A stretch of 64,000 nucleotides of DNA from Cyclobacteriaceae bacterium (GTDB lineage: Bacteria; Bacteroidota; Bacteroidia; Cytophagales; Cyclobacteriaceae), in assembly GCA_040218415.1 (NCBI GenBank), contig JAVJRN010000065.1, positions 1 to 64,000 on the forward strand. The letters are read 5' to 3'. The first letter of the stretch is position 1, and the number at the start of each line of letters is the position of its first letter. Made by a program: the position numbers and the translations under genes. The notes beneath the pieces are model-generated. The model was not told where the DNA came from. It saw only the letters and a list, made by a program, of their open reading frames with translations, and ran no database searches. Below, piece by piece: positions 1 to 10,207 of this stretch.

Positions 1-626
1 GACTTTATATCACAAAAATCATTGACCTGATCTCTAAAGCAATTTCCCTCTTCAAGCACCCACAATTCATTGTAGTTGATGTCTTCTAGCTTGAGAGATG
101 GTTCTTTTGATGCTTTGCTCGTGTATATATAAAACCTCTCGTAGAAAATAGGGATTGATTTAATGCCATAAACTGTCAACGGCGTGGAGACTATTCCAAG
201 ATCAAGCTCCCCATTTCTTACATTATTGACTACATTTTCTGTGATTTCTTCTTTGATAATGAGTTGTAAATCTGGATAGGCTTCCGACAGGGATTTACCA
301 AAAAGTGGGACCAAGAAGGGGGCAAGTGTAGGAATTATTCCCACGCGCAGTGTCCCATTGAAATTTGCCGTTATTTCAACAGCAAAATTTTTGAGTTGAC
401 GCATCCCACTGATTACTTCCTGTGCCTTTACTAGGAATAAATGTCCATCCTCAGTTACTTCTATCGGCGAAGTAGATCTATTGAAAAGCTTTAGATTGAC
501 CGCCTCTTCCAGTTTTTGAATCTGTAAACTCAGTGCAGGTTGACTTATGTCCAAGCTATCTGCAGCTCGGTTATAGTTACCGTATTTCCACAATGCCAAG
601 GCATATTGCAATTGATTAAAAGTCAT
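1..626 (-). CDS. oxyR: OxyR-type LysR-family transcriptional regulator (N-terminal ~208 aa; C-terminus runs off the left edge of the window)
   Basis: Not in the ORF track because it runs off the window edge. Minus-strand translation from ATG at 624-626 gives MTFNQLQYALALWKYGNYNRAADSLDISQPALSLQIQKLEE..., a LysR HTH. Further on, ...LEEGNCFRDQVNDFC reproduces the OxyR redox cysteine pair (C-x8-C; compare E. coli LEDGHCLRDQAMGFC). Confidence 0.75.
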   Translation of the reverse strand, partial: MTFNQLQYALALWKYGNYNRAADSLDISQPALSLQIQKLEEAVNLKLFNRSTSPIEVTEDGHLFLVKAQEVISGMRQLKNFAVEITANFNGTLRVGIIPTLAPFLVPLFGKSLSEAYPDLQLIIKEEITENVVNNVRNGELDLGIVSTPLTVYGIKSIPIFYERFYIYTSKASKEPSLKLEDINYNELWVLEEGNCFRDQVNDFCDIK

Positions 627-830
627 AAGTTGAAATTATAGATTCGAAAAAAGGCTAATTCAAAGTTATCGACTATAGTTTCAACCAAGCAATCAAAACT
701 GGTATTTATTACATAAAATCTAGGGGGAATTAAAGCCAACAGCTATTGCGAAAGCTATTGGTTGGATAGGGTGAATAGTCGACTTTGCTAAACTGCTCTA
801 GCCTTTGTTTGTCGAAGCTGAGTAACACTT

Positions 831-1805
831 CTACATTTTTTCAGCAATAGCCTCGCCCAGCTGATATACTGCCAATGCATAAAGCTGGCTATGATTATAT
901 CGGGTAATCACGTGAAAATTGTCAAAGCAAAACCAGAACTCATCATCAGCATTCTCAAAATCAAAGGCTATTAAAGTTGCGGATTGATCGCTAGATATAT
1001 CGTTTGAGGGTTCATAACCCTGATTGATATAATAAGCGGCTTTATATTTAGGTCTTAGTGATTGTTTTGGTAATTCAACGGTATTTCCTGAAGTTTTAGC
1101 GATAGTTGCTACTGGTTCTCCTTCCTTCCATCGGTGTTCTTTTAAGTAATTGGCTATACTCGCGATAGCATCTCCCACCTGATTGCTAAGGTCTCGGCTT
1201 CCATCATCGTCATAGCTTACGGCATAAGCTCTATAACTGCTTGGCATAAACTGGCAATAACCAATGGCACCTGCATAGGAGCCTTTTACCTCATAAATAT
1301 CAAGTTTCTCTTTGTGACATAAAACAATAAACTCTTCCAGTTCCGACCTGAAAAACTTAGATCTTTTGGGATAACCGAAACTCAGCGTATACAACGCGTC
1401 TAAGACGCGATATGAACCTTTTCTTTGTCCGAAAAATGTTTCCACACCCAATATTCCCAGAATGGTTTGTTCAGGAATTCCAGTTTGTTCGGAGACATTA
1501 TTAATGATTTCTTTATGCTCTTTCCAGAAATCTACCCCAGCATTGATCCGCTCATCTTTCATGAAAATATTTCTATAGCGCTCCCATGTCATGGTGCCTT
1601 CAGCTGGTTTGGTAATTTTCTCAATGATATCCGCTTTGTATTCTGCCTTGCTCAAAATAGTTTTAACCTCATCATCGGAGATTCCATACATTCCTGGGAA
1701 GTCAGCCACAAATTGCGTGACCAGCTGTTGGTCTATTTGTGCTTGGGTAAGGAAAGAAGATATAGATAAGAGAAGGAAAAAGAATAATGAATGAATTTTT
1801 GCCAT
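831..1805 (-). CDS. lytic murein transglycosylase (MltB / SLT_2-like), secreted
   Basis: 324-aa ORF with signal peptide MAKIHSLFFFLLLSISSFLTQAQ. The ...GYCQFMPSSYRAYAV... motif is characteristic of the MltB-type lytic transglycosylase family. Confidence 0.7.
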   Translation of the reverse strand: MAKIHSLFFFLLLSISSFLTQAQIDQQLVTQFVADFPGMYGISDDEVKTILSKAEYKADIIEKITKPAEGTMTWERYRNIFMKDERINAGVDFWKEHKEIINNVSEQTGIPEQTILGILGVETFFGQRKGSYRVLDALYTLSFGYPKRSKFFRSELEEFIVLCHKEKLDIYEVKGSYAGAIGYCQFMPSSYRAYAVSYDDDGSRDLSNQVGDAIASIANYLKEHRWKEGEPVATIAKTSGNTVELPKQSLRPKYKAAYYINQGYEPSNDISSDQSATLIAFDFENADDEFWFCFDNFHVITRYNHSQLYALAVYQLGEAIAEKM

Positions 1806-1816
1806 AATATGTCGAC

Positions 1817-2350
1817 CTATTTTAAGTCTATTTTATAGAGTGTGTGTTTTCTTAGGTCTGATGTTAAATCGACCAATGGGTGTTCGAAGTAGCTCACATG
1901 ATTCATGCCACATTTGATCATGACCTGCTCAGATCTTTTATTTGTAACGGCAGTAAATGAGTGAATGGTATGAATGCCAAATTCAGGAGCAATGCTTATC
2001 ACCTTTTTTGCTCCCTCTGTCGCATAACCTTTCCCCCAATGGTGAGCGGCTAATCTCCAACCAATTTCCACACATGGAGCAAAATCAAGGTTTAAAGTAA
2101 CCCGCTTCAACCCAATGAATCCAACAAACTGGTGATCGATAAGTCGGCAAGTAGCGTAAAACATGAAGCCATTAATATCAAAATGAGCTTTTAGTTTTTG
2201 AATGCCCTCATTACTTTGGTCGAGATTTAATGTTGACGGAAAATATTCCATCACCTTAGTATCGGCATTCATTTGGGCAAATGGCGCTAAATCTTGGTCT
2301 TGCCAATTGCGAAAGCCTAATCTTTCCGACTCAAATAAGTAAGACTCCAA
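1817..2350 (-). CDS. GNAT-family N-acetyltransferase
   Basis: 177 aa. IGWRLAAHHWGKGYATEGAKKVI resembles the acetyl-CoA binding segment of RimJ/RimL-like GNATs. Confidence 0.65.
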   Translation of the reverse strand: MESYLFESERLGFRNWQDQDLAPFAQMNADTKVMEYFPSTLNLDQSNEGIQKLKAHFDINGFMFYATCRLIDHQFVGFIGLKRVTLNLDFAPCVEIGWRLAAHHWGKGYATEGAKKVISIAPEFGIHTIHSFTAVTNKRSEQVMIKCGMNHVSYFEHPLVDLTSDLRKHTLYKIDLK

Positions 2351-2358
2351 ATGCTTCG

Positions 2359-3069
2359 CTATGCGATGTTTGTGAATACTTGCTGCACATCATCGTCATC
2401 TTCAATTTTATCGAGCATTTTTTCAATGTCTTCCATTTGCTCTTCTGTAAAATCAACAGGCGTGGTTGGAATTCTTTGTAAGTTGGATTTTTTAATCTCA
2501 ATACCCTTATCCTCGATAGCTTTCGTTAGGGAGCCAAAGTTGGTGTAGTCTCCATAGAGATAAATTAAATTTTCATTGGTTTCAATCTCCTCTAGGCCGG
2601 CATCTATAAGTTCAAATTCAAGTTCTTCTAGGTCTATGTCATCCGTTTTTTCAAGTTCGATGACTGCTTTTCGGCTAAACATAAACTCTAATGAACCATT
2701 AGGAGCCAATCCACCACCCGCTTTATTGAAATATGATTTGACATTTGCGACTGTTCGCGTCGTGTTATCTGTAGCACATTCTACGAATACCAACACGCCA
2801 TGCGGGCCTTTTCCTTCGTAGGAAGTTTCTACATAGTCAGCCGTGTCACTTCCTAGGGCTCTTTTGATTGCATTATCAATATTGTCCTTAGGCATGTTTT
2901 GTGCCTTGGCATTTTGAATGGCCGCCCGCAATTTTGCGTTCATTTCGATCTCAGGACCTGCTTCTTTTACTGCCAAAGTGATTTGCTTCGCCAGTTTTGG
3001 AAACACTTTCGACATCTTGTCCCATCTCGCTTCTTTTGCGGCGCGTCTATATTCAAATGCTCTTCCCAT
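2359..3069 (-). CDS. YebC/PmpR-family DNA-binding transcriptional regulator
   Basis: 236 aa. N-terminus [30 protein letters not shown] and overall length are typical of YebC. Confidence 0.85.
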   Translation of the reverse strand: MGRAFEYRRAAKEARWDKMSKVFPKLAKQITLAVKEAGPEIEMNAKLRAAIQNAKAQNMPKDNIDNAIKRALGSDTADYVETSYEGKGPHGVLVFVECATDNTTRTVANVKSYFNKAGGGLAPNGSLEFMFSRKAVIELEKTDDIDLEELEFELIDAGLEEIETNENLIYLYGDYTNFGSLTKAIEDKGIEIKKSNLQRIPTTPVDFTEEQMEDIEKMLDKIEDDDDVQQVFTNIA

Positions 3070-3127
3070 GAGTTATGTAGTTTTTCGCAAAAGTAGCATT
3101 TCAATTTTACGTTAAAAACGTTATTGA

Positions 3128-3481
3128 TTACAGTTTTTCTATTACTGCTTTTAATTTTTCCAGGTCAACAGGTTTTTGTAGATATCCATCATAGTCAACA
3201 TCAGGAAAATCCGACTTCATGATTGATTCAGGATGACTTGATACAATTATGATTTTCGGGCGATGTATCAATAAGTCAACAAACTCGGGTCCATCTAATC
3301 CGGAAATATTAATATCTAGAAATATAAGATCTGGTTTCTGTCGTTCTATTTCGAGCGCTGCACTCACCGTGTCACCATATTCATTTAGTATTTCTATCCC
3401 TTCAATTTTTTTCAAATAGAATTTAAGAATATCAATGTATTCTTTTTCATCCTCTATGATAATGGATTTGAACGTTTGCAT
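3128..3481 (-). CDS. stand-alone response-regulator receiver domain protein (CheY-like)
   Basis: Track ORF is 3128..3562. The receiver domain starts at the internal Met (MQTFKSIIIEDEKEY..., ATG at 3479-3481). The 27 upstream codons are hydrophobic and probably untranslated. Asp pocket (IIIEDE ... LDINISGLDG) and ...YLQKP... are present. Confidence 0.6.
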   Translation of the reverse strand: MQTFKSIIIEDEKEYIDILKFYLKKIEGIEILNEYGDTVSAALEIERQKPDLIFLDINISGLDGPEFVDLLIHRPKIIIVSSHPESIMKSDFPDVDYDGYLQKPVDLEKLKAVIEKL

Positions 3482-3726
3482 TTTGCTGGTTGAAATATGT
3501 TTTTCTAAAAAATATGAAGTTAATATTAAAGAAATACAAAGAAAACTCTTTAGCGCTAACATCTAAGATTTAGCCAATTTAATAGTGATCATTCATCACT
3601 ATTTTAATCGCAGGGCGATAGCCCAATAGGTCTAATTCCCCGATGCTCTGCGTCGGAAGCTAGGGTTAAGGGTTCTTCCCTTGGCTTTAATACCATTTAT
3701 TAATAGTATATCCAAGAGCTTTAAGC

Positions 3727-6558
3727 TTACTCGCCAAAAAAGTCAAAGAAGTTTCTTCTTCTTTCCAACTTCAGATCTTGCAATAGCGCAGATTTAGGCC
3801 TTATGATGAGAGAAAAGGACTGAAAAGTTCCAAAAGGTACCCAACTAAAATTCATGGTCCAGCAGTGCAAATCACGGCTCACGCCTATTCTGGTTTGAGT
3901 TATTTCTTTGGCCTTGAAGTCATAGCCCGACTGGAAGGTTATTTGGGTATTATCGGTGAGTCCTAGCGAGCCACTGAACGACGTGGATTGCGTGATTTGT
4001 GCCTCTTGTAATCCATTTTTTCTGCGATTAATGGAGTAACGCAGCTGCAAAGACCAAGGCACATTGAAATCAACATATTGCTCAGGGTTTTGCCTTACAT
4101 AGGCTTTCTCGTCATCGGTACCGAACGGTGAATTTTCTAGATTAGTGGGGTCAGTGAAATCTGGCTGATTGCCAAAATTCGCATCATTTTGGTCGTTTTC
4201 ATCGTCATTTCCCCTGCCATTTTTTTTAGGTTTAAAATTAAAATTGACGGAAGAGTTCACACTCTGTAGCGTGCCTAATCCCTGACCATTGTTCCAGGCA
4301 TATTGGTTGATTCTTCGATCTCGAATGGTGACCGTACCATTCTCAGAGACTCTTCTACTGGTCTCTTTATAAATATACGGGTCAAAAGCCCCTTGAATCG
4401 TTAAGGAAATGGCATTTTTAAAGAAGCTTGTCCGGGCATTCCAGCTGATATTGTTGAGTTTAAAAGAGTCTGCAGCAAAATTGTACCCTGTGTTCATGGC
4501 CAAGTTATCAAAGACTTTAACTTTCTTGAATTCCCGCGTACTGTCTTTCAAGTCTCGAACTTTCATTTCCAAATTGTTCGTTAATGAAAAGCTCAAAGTC
4601 CGGCTTTCTCTACCTGAGGGCGATCCGTAGGCAAAACCTTCATATTTTGATAACCTCACCTTTCGCCCTGTACTGTCCACTTGCACGGAATCATATACTC
4701 CTCTATTTACCGTACCAAAGTCAGGATTGTAGCTGAAAGATAAACTAGGCGTAACTACATGTCGGATAGCTTCGATTTTTTTACCCTTAATGAAAACAGT
4801 ACCATAGTACCGCGTATTGACCGATGCTCCTGAGCTCCAGCTTCCAGCACGACTAAATCCTTCCACCGTATCTATTCTTATTCCATTTTCTTCAGGTACG
4901 TAAGTGTAATCGAGCTCCCGTGTATACCATACTTCTTGGTAATTGAAACTTGGACTTACGGTTAAAAATTTCAGCACATTAAAAGAAGTTGACAAGGGTA
5001 TTCTGTGTTGCCCACCAAACTTGGCCCGATCATAAATAACATCAAGGTTAGATATATTGAAATCTACGATGCTATCCGATAGGGCATTTTTATTTACGAT
5101 GTTCACATTGTTGAAAGCGCCACTATTAACATTTAAGCGATTGTTGGTCAGTTCATTTTTTGCCACGAAGTTGTGACTAAAGCTCAACTTGGCCAATGGC
5201 GAACTGGCGTTTTTTGCAAATCTTTTCAGTGGGAATTGTCGAGCAGTATTAAAGGTAAGATCTGGTAAGCTCATGCTTACTATACCGGTGGATAGGTTTT
5301 GGGTGTGCCTTCCGTTTAAGCCTAGATTAAAAGGTGTTCCTGAAAATTTTTGTGTGTAACTCAAATTAGATGTGAGCTGTGGGTTGATACTGCGGTTGAA
5401 GTTTTGGTTTACCAGGTTATTGTTCACATTGTAGCTTTGGGTCTGTGCCGATACAGAAGCACTGAAAGAAGAATTACCACGAGTCAATGGTCTATGATTC
5501 CATCTCACAGAGTAATCATTCGTTTCAAACTCGTTGGCATCTCCCGAATTACCAATGGACTTGTTGTAAGAAAGATTAAAAGAGCCATTGAACTTATAGC
5601 GTACTTTATAATTGGTATTGGCATTTAAGGAGTGACCACCTCTGGAATACAAGGCTCCTGTTAGCTTCAAATCGGCATAATCGCTGAATCCGAAATAATA
5701 ACCCATATCACGTAGGAAGAATCCCCTGACCCGTTCTTCTCCATAGGAAGGAAAGATGATGCCAGAAGCCTTTCTTCTAGGCTGTGGAAACATTCCAAAT
5801 GGAAACCAAAGTGGGGTAGGCACTTCTCTAAATTTCAAATTAAAAGGACCTGAGACCACCTTATTACCAGGAATTACCTTGATTTTTTGCGATTCGATGA
5901 AAAAGTGTGGATCTCCCAAGTTACAAGTGGTATAGCGTGCGCCTCGGATAAACATTTCGTCATCTTCATTCTTTTTTACGTCATCGCCATGCATAAATGC
6001 ACCATCCTGTGCAGTAACCACACCTTTAATAATGGCTCTTTTTGACTTAAAATTATAGATGATTTGATTGGTCTCATACACGTCTTGTCCTTCAGAGAAA
6101 ACTGGCTTGCCTACTTTTCGTCCAGTGGTGTCTAGGGAATAGGTTGAATTAATGGTTCTTTTTTCCCAATTAACGATTGTTCGATCGGCCTCTAGCGTAA
6201 CTTCACCATAATCCACATGGGTTTTTCCGAAGAGCAGCATTTTTTTGTTTTGCACATCGAAAACAATTGAGTCTCTGGCAGAATAATTGATAGTGGTGAG
6301 GATGTCGTTTTTAGGAGTTTTGGTTTCGGTTTTTGTGGAATCGTTGTTTAAATTATTGGTTGCTACGTTAAGTAGGCTATCGGATTCATTCAACAGCTCA
6401 GTCGAATCCTGCCCCGATATATCCAGTTCACCACTGAAAGTATTTTCAGAAAACATAACACTATCAGCAACAGGAGTCTTTGAAATAAGGCTATCTGCCT
6501 GACCAACTGCTTCAAATAAAGAAAAAATGAAAAGAATTATGATAGCCGGTCGCCTCAA
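3727..6558 (-). CDS. large outer-membrane protein, LptD/OstA-like (putative LPS-assembly protein)
   Basis: 943 aa with signal peptide MRRPAIIILFIFSLFEAVGQ. The N-terminal region looks OstA-like. The C-terminal region is long, Asn/Ser/Thr-rich and beta-strand-like, ending ...FFDFFGE. Its position next to the amidase and MlaD genes is the arrangement I recall for Bacteroidetes LptD homologues. No profile search was done. Confidence 0.4.
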   Translation of the reverse strand: MRRPAIIILFIFSLFEAVGQADSLISKTPVADSVMFSENTFSGELDISGQDSTELLNESDSLLNVATNNLNNDSTKTETKTPKNDILTTINYSARDSIVFDVQNKKMLLFGKTHVDYGEVTLEADRTIVNWEKRTINSTYSLDTTGRKVGKPVFSEGQDVYETNQIIYNFKSKRAIIKGVVTAQDGAFMHGDDVKKNEDDEMFIRGARYTTCNLGDPHFFIESQKIKVIPGNKVVSGPFNLKFREVPTPLWFPFGMFPQPRRKASGIIFPSYGEERVRGFFLRDMGYYFGFSDYADLKLTGALYSRGGHSLNANTNYKVRYKFNGSFNLSYNKSIGNSGDANEFETNDYSVRWNHRPLTRGNSSFSASVSAQTQSYNVNNNLVNQNFNRSINPQLTSNLSYTQKFSGTPFNLGLNGRHTQNLSTGIVSMSLPDLTFNTARQFPLKRFAKNASSPLAKLSFSHNFVAKNELTNNRLNVNSGAFNNVNIVNKNALSDSIVDFNISNLDVIYDRAKFGGQHRIPLSTSFNVLKFLTVSPSFNYQEVWYTRELDYTYVPEENGIRIDTVEGFSRAGSWSSGASVNTRYYGTVFIKGKKIEAIRHVVTPSLSFSYNPDFGTVNRGVYDSVQVDSTGRKVRLSKYEGFAYGSPSGRESRTLSFSLTNNLEMKVRDLKDSTREFKKVKVFDNLAMNTGYNFAADSFKLNNISWNARTSFFKNAISLTIQGAFDPYIYKETSRRVSENGTVTIRDRRINQYAWNNGQGLGTLQSVNSSVNFNFKPKKNGRGNDDENDQNDANFGNQPDFTDPTNLENSPFGTDDEKAYVRQNPEQYVDFNVPWSLQLRYSINRRKNGLQEAQITQSTSFSGSLGLTDNTQITFQSGYDFKAKEITQTRIGVSRDLHCWTMNFSWVPFGTFQSFSLIIRPKSALLQDLKLERRRNFFDFFGE

Positions 6559-6637
6559 GCCCTCGCAGATTTTAATTTCAGACCAAAAATTTACAATTTT
6601 GTAAAATTATGGGATTTAAATATATAACCGTACTGCT

Positions 6638-7420
6638 GTGAGAAATATTGCGATTCCATTTTGCATTTCGTTATTCGTTGTATTGGCCAGCTTCAATACG
6701 ACCGGTATACGTACCAACAAAATTCAACGGGTAGTTATCGATCCCGGACATGGCGGGAAAGACCCAGGAACACATGGGGAAATTTCGAAAGAAAAAGATC
6801 TTGCACTTGCTATCTCTTTGGAGCTAGGTCGTATCATCAATGAAAATCTACCCGACGTAGAAGTCTTATACACCAGAAAAGACGATAGTTTTCCTGAGCT
6901 TCATTGGCGTGCCGACTGGGCAAATCAAAAGGCCGCCGACCTATTTATATCAGTTCATGCCAACTGGGTGGCTAATCCGAAAGTATATGGAACAGAAACC
7001 TATGTGATGGGTGTCCAAAATATTGACCGTAATTTTGAAGTAGCCAAAAGGGAGAATTCCGTGATTTTATTAGAAGATAACTATGAAGCTAATTATGAAG
7101 GTTTTGATCCTGAAGCTCCAGAGTCATACATTCTTTTTTCTTTAACTCAATCTTCCTTTCATGAGCGAAGTATTTTATTAGCTGATAAAATCGAAAATCA
7201 GTTTAAAACCAAGGCAGGTCGTAGGAGCAGAGGAGTAAAACAATCAAGTTTGTATCTATTATGGAGTACCGCCATGCCCAGTGTTCTAGTAGAAGTAGGA
7301 TATCTTAGCAATGCAAAAGAGGAAAGAGAACTCAATGATAAGTTGAATCAAGTATATATCGCATCCGGGATATACCGTGCTTTTAGAGATTATAAAAAGG
7401 AGATAGAATCCTTAAATTAA
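6638..7420 (+). CDS. N-acetylmuramoyl-L-alanine amidase (Amidase_3 / AmiC family)
   Basis: 260 aa with a signal/TM start. VIDPGHGGKDPGTHG and ...FISVHANW... are Zn-amidase_3 signatures. Confidence 0.8.
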   Translation: MRNIAIPFCISLFVVLASFNTTGIRTNKIQRVVIDPGHGGKDPGTHGEISKEKDLALAISLELGRIINENLPDVEVLYTRKDDSFPELHWRADWANQKAADLFISVHANWVANPKVYGTETYVMGVQNIDRNFEVAKRENSVILLEDNYEANYEGFDPEAPESYILFSLTQSSFHERSILLADKIENQFKTKAGRRSRGVKQSSLYLLWSTAMPSVLVEVGYLSNAKEERELNDKLNQVYIASGIYRAFRDYKKEIESLN

Positions 7421-7508
7421 CTTTTTGCTAATTTCTTCGGCTTTCGAAACATTTTGAAATTCTAAGCCTTAGTTTTATAGTAATTGCCATTTAAATCCAA
7501 AATATATA

Positions 7509-8453
7509 ATGTCAAAAGAAATTAAAGTAGGAATAATTGCGCTCGTTGCTGGTGTCACGCTTTACTACGGATTCAATTTTTTAAAAGGTGTAGATTTTTT
7601 TTCATCTACGAAAAAATATTACGTGTTGTATGATAATGTGGATGGGCTGACCAAGTCAAACCCTGTAATCATTAATGGGTTAACTGTAGGTCGTGTGAGT
7701 AAAATACAGCTCAAGCAACAAGTTAAAAATCAAATTTTGGTAGAGCTTACCATAGATCAAGAAATAGATCTTGGGGATGAAACTGTGGCTAAATTGAGTA
7801 ACACTGATTTTCTGGGTAGCAAAGGGATAGTGCTGGAAGTAGGCTCACTAAAAAACAAGTTAGAACCAAAGGATACTTTGATCTCTGAAGTCGATAAAGG
7901 TATCGGACAGATTCTGGAAGATGCGACACCAGTTGCAAATAACCTCAATGTGACCATAAGCCGCATCAATGATATTTTGGTCGGCATGCAAGGTAGCGGG
8001 GAGAAAATCAATGATGCCATAGGTAATTTGAATCTTACGATGACTAAACTCAACGTCATTTTGGAAAAAAACAAAGATTTGGACGTTTCCGAAATACTTG
8101 CTTCCACCAATAAGCTTATCGAAAACGTGGATCGACGAACGTCTCAAATCGAGCCAATTATCGCAAAATCGGAGCAGTTGATGGATAGCTTAAACAATTT
8201 GCGATTAAATCAGACCCTATTTGCCATCGAAAAATTAGTGGAGAACCTGAATCAGACGGTCACGATGATGCAAAATCCAAATTCTTCTTTTGGTCGCTTG
8301 GTCAACGAAGATTCTCTTTACAACAATATCAATCAGGCTATGGTAGATTTGGACAAGCTATTGTTACATATCGATCGATATCCGAAACACTTTTTTGCAC
8401 CATTAGGAAAAAGCCATGATAAAATTATGAAAGACCTCAATCGAGAGGACTAG
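7509..8453 (+). CDS. MlaD/MCE-family protein
   Basis: 314 aa. N-terminal TM MSKEIKVGIIALVAGVTLYYGF is followed by an MCE domain (LTKSNPVIINGLTVGRVSKIQL) and a long helical tail. Confidence 0.7.
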   Translation: MSKEIKVGIIALVAGVTLYYGFNFLKGVDFFSSTKKYYVLYDNVDGLTKSNPVIINGLTVGRVSKIQLKQQVKNQILVELTIDQEIDLGDETVAKLSNTDFLGSKGIVLEVGSLKNKLEPKDTLISEVDKGIGQILEDATPVANNLNVTISRINDILVGMQGSGEKINDAIGNLNLTMTKLNVILEKNKDLDVSEILASTNKLIENVDRRTSQIEPIIAKSEQLMDSLNNLRLNQTLFAIEKLVENLNQTVTMMQNPNSSFGRLVNEDSLYNNINQAMVDLDKLLLHIDRYPKHFFAPLGKSHDKIMKDLNRED

Positions 8454-8497
8454 CTTTTCTTACTTTTGGGGTAAATAACCCTACACCCCAAAATTAG

Positions 8498-10141
8498 ATG
8501 GACTTAAAATTTAACAAGACTGAAGATGCCAATAAACTCTTATTGGCACAGCTGAAACGAAAGTTTGCTAAAGTATCACTTGGAGGAGGTGAATCCAAAA
8601 TAGAGAAACACCACCAAAAAGGTAAACTCACTGCACGAGAGAGAATCGACTATCTTTTGGATAAACCCGAGGATTTTCTTGAAATTGGCGCATTTGCCGC
8701 TGATGGCATGTATGAAGAATGGGGAGGATGTCCTTCGGCTGGAGTAGTAGCGGGCATTGGCTTTATCAGCGGTAAACAAGTGGTTGTTGTAGCCAATGAT
8801 GCGACCGTAAAAGCGGGGGCATGGTTTCCCATGACGGCCAAAAAAAACCTTCGTGCTCAGGAGGTTTCCATAGAAAATAAATTACCTATCGTCTATTTGG
8901 TTGATAGTGCTGGCGTTTTTCTGCCGATGCAAGATGAAATATTTCCTGATAAGGAGCATTTTGGAAGACAATTTCGAAATAATGCCAAGATGTCTTCGGA
9001 AGGAATAGTACAAGTGGCGGCCATCATGGGAAGTTGTGTCGCTGGAGGAGCATACCTACCAATCATGTCAGATGAAGCGCTTATTGTGGAGGGAACAGGT
9101 TCTATTTTTCTAGCTGGAAGTTATCTTGTCAAATCAGCGATAGGGGAGAACATAGACAATGAAACGCTGGGAGGTGCAGATACACATTGTGAGATATCAG
9201 GCGTAACAGATAATAAATTTCCTAATGACAAGTCATGCTTAGATGCGATCAAAAGAATTTTTGACAGGATAGGTGACAAACCCAACGCCGGTTTCAATAG
9301 AGTAGCGCCAAAAGCACCGAAATTGGACATGCAAGAGCTGTATGGGCTGTTTCCTGTAGACCGTAATGTTCCTTATGACATGACTGAGATCATTAAGCGA
9401 ATAGTGGATGATTCTGAATTTGAAGAGTATAAGGAAAGTTATGGGAAAACATTGATTTGTGGTTTTGGTCGGGTCGATGGCTGGAGTGTCGGAATTGTTG
9501 CCAATCAAAGAAAAAATGTAAAAGCAAAAAAAGGAGCGGGTCAATCAAATGAAATGCAGATGGGCGGAGTTATTTATTCAGACTCTGCGGATAAGGCGGC
9601 ACGTTTTATCATGAATTGTAATCAACGAAGTATTCCACTTGTCTTCTTGCATGATGTCAATGGCTTTATGGTGGGGAGCCGCTCGGAGCATGGCGGTATT
9701 ATCAAAGACGGGGCAAAAATGGTCAATGCCGTTTCAAACTCCGTGGTTCCTAAGTTTAGTATCGTATTGGGTGCATCTTATGGCGCAGGTAACTATGCCA
9801 TGTGTGGAAAGGCCTACGACCCTCGATTGATATATGCTTGGCCAACGGCTGAAATTGCTGTAATGAGTGGTAAATCGGCAGCTAACACCCTCCTTCAAAT
9901 CAAGGTATCTACGTTGAAAGCCCAGGGAAAAGAGATTTCCGAAGAAGACAAGCAGCGTATGCTCGATGACATTAAAAAGTCTTATGATGAAAAGCTAAGT
10001 CCTTATTACGCCGCAGGTCAGCTTTGGGTGGATGGAGTAATAGATCCTTTAGAAACAAGAAAAGTGATTTCAACAGGCATTATGGCGGCTAATCACGCAC
10101 CGATCGAAAAGCCAATGAATGTTGGGGTAATTCAAACCTGA
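8498..10141 (+). CDS. acyl-CoA carboxylase carboxyltransferase subunit (PccB/AccD5/MmdA family)
   Basis: 547 aa. The carboxyl-transferase domain is recognisable throughout (…GKLTARERIDYLLD…, …GGAYLPIMSDE…, …AWPTAEIAVMSGKSAANTL…). Confidence 0.85.
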   Translation: MDLKFNKTEDANKLLLAQLKRKFAKVSLGGGESKIEKHHQKGKLTARERIDYLLDKPEDFLEIGAFAADGMYEEWGGCPSAGVVAGIGFISGKQVVVVANDATVKAGAWFPMTAKKNLRAQEVSIENKLPIVYLVDSAGVFLPMQDEIFPDKEHFGRQFRNNAKMSSEGIVQVAAIMGSCVAGGAYLPIMSDEALIVEGTGSIFLAGSYLVKSAIGENIDNETLGGADTHCEISGVTDNKFPNDKSCLDAIKRIFDRIGDKPNAGFNRVAPKAPKLDMQELYGLFPVDRNVPYDMTEIIKRIVDDSEFEEYKESYGKTLICGFGRVDGWSVGIVANQRKNVKAKKGAGQSNEMQMGGVIYSDSADKAARFIMNCNQRSIPLVFLHDVNGFMVGSRSEHGGIIKDGAKMVNAVSNSVVPKFSIVLGASYGAGNYAMCGKAYDPRLIYAWPTAEIAVMSGKSAANTLLQIKVSTLKAQGKEISEEDKQRMLDDIKKSYDEKLSPYYAAGQLWVDGVIDPLETRKVISTGIMAANHAPIEKPMNVGVIQT

Positions 10142-10207
10142 AATTGATCAGAGAAGTAAATAAGTTCAATACCGTACCAATTTTCATTTAATGAAGCGTT
10201 ATACAAA

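Noticed and set aside
741-760. AGCTATTG-cgaa-AGCTATTG direct repeat upstream of oxyR, considered as an OxyR box (ATAG/CTAT elements)
   Set aside because: Only two CTAT elements with 12-bp spacing are present. No full four-element OxyR tetramer site could be assembled, and the neighbouring gene is not divergent.
3482-3562. 27-codon N-terminal extension of the receiver-domain ORF (hydrophobic MLALKSFLCISLILTSYF...)
   Set aside because: Receiver domains are cytoplasmic and begin at the internal MQTFKSIIIEDE Met. The extension is probably untranslated upstream sequence, although a membrane-anchored variant cannot be fully excluded.
3563-3726. Possible tRNA or structured RNA between the receiver gene and the LptD-like gene (contains GGGTTCTTCCC and a 9-bp hairpin aatagtgat/atcactatt)
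   Set aside because: No acceptor-stem/anticodon cloverleaf could be built. The GGTTC is not followed by a T-loop consensus. It is most likely an ordinary terminator/UTR region.
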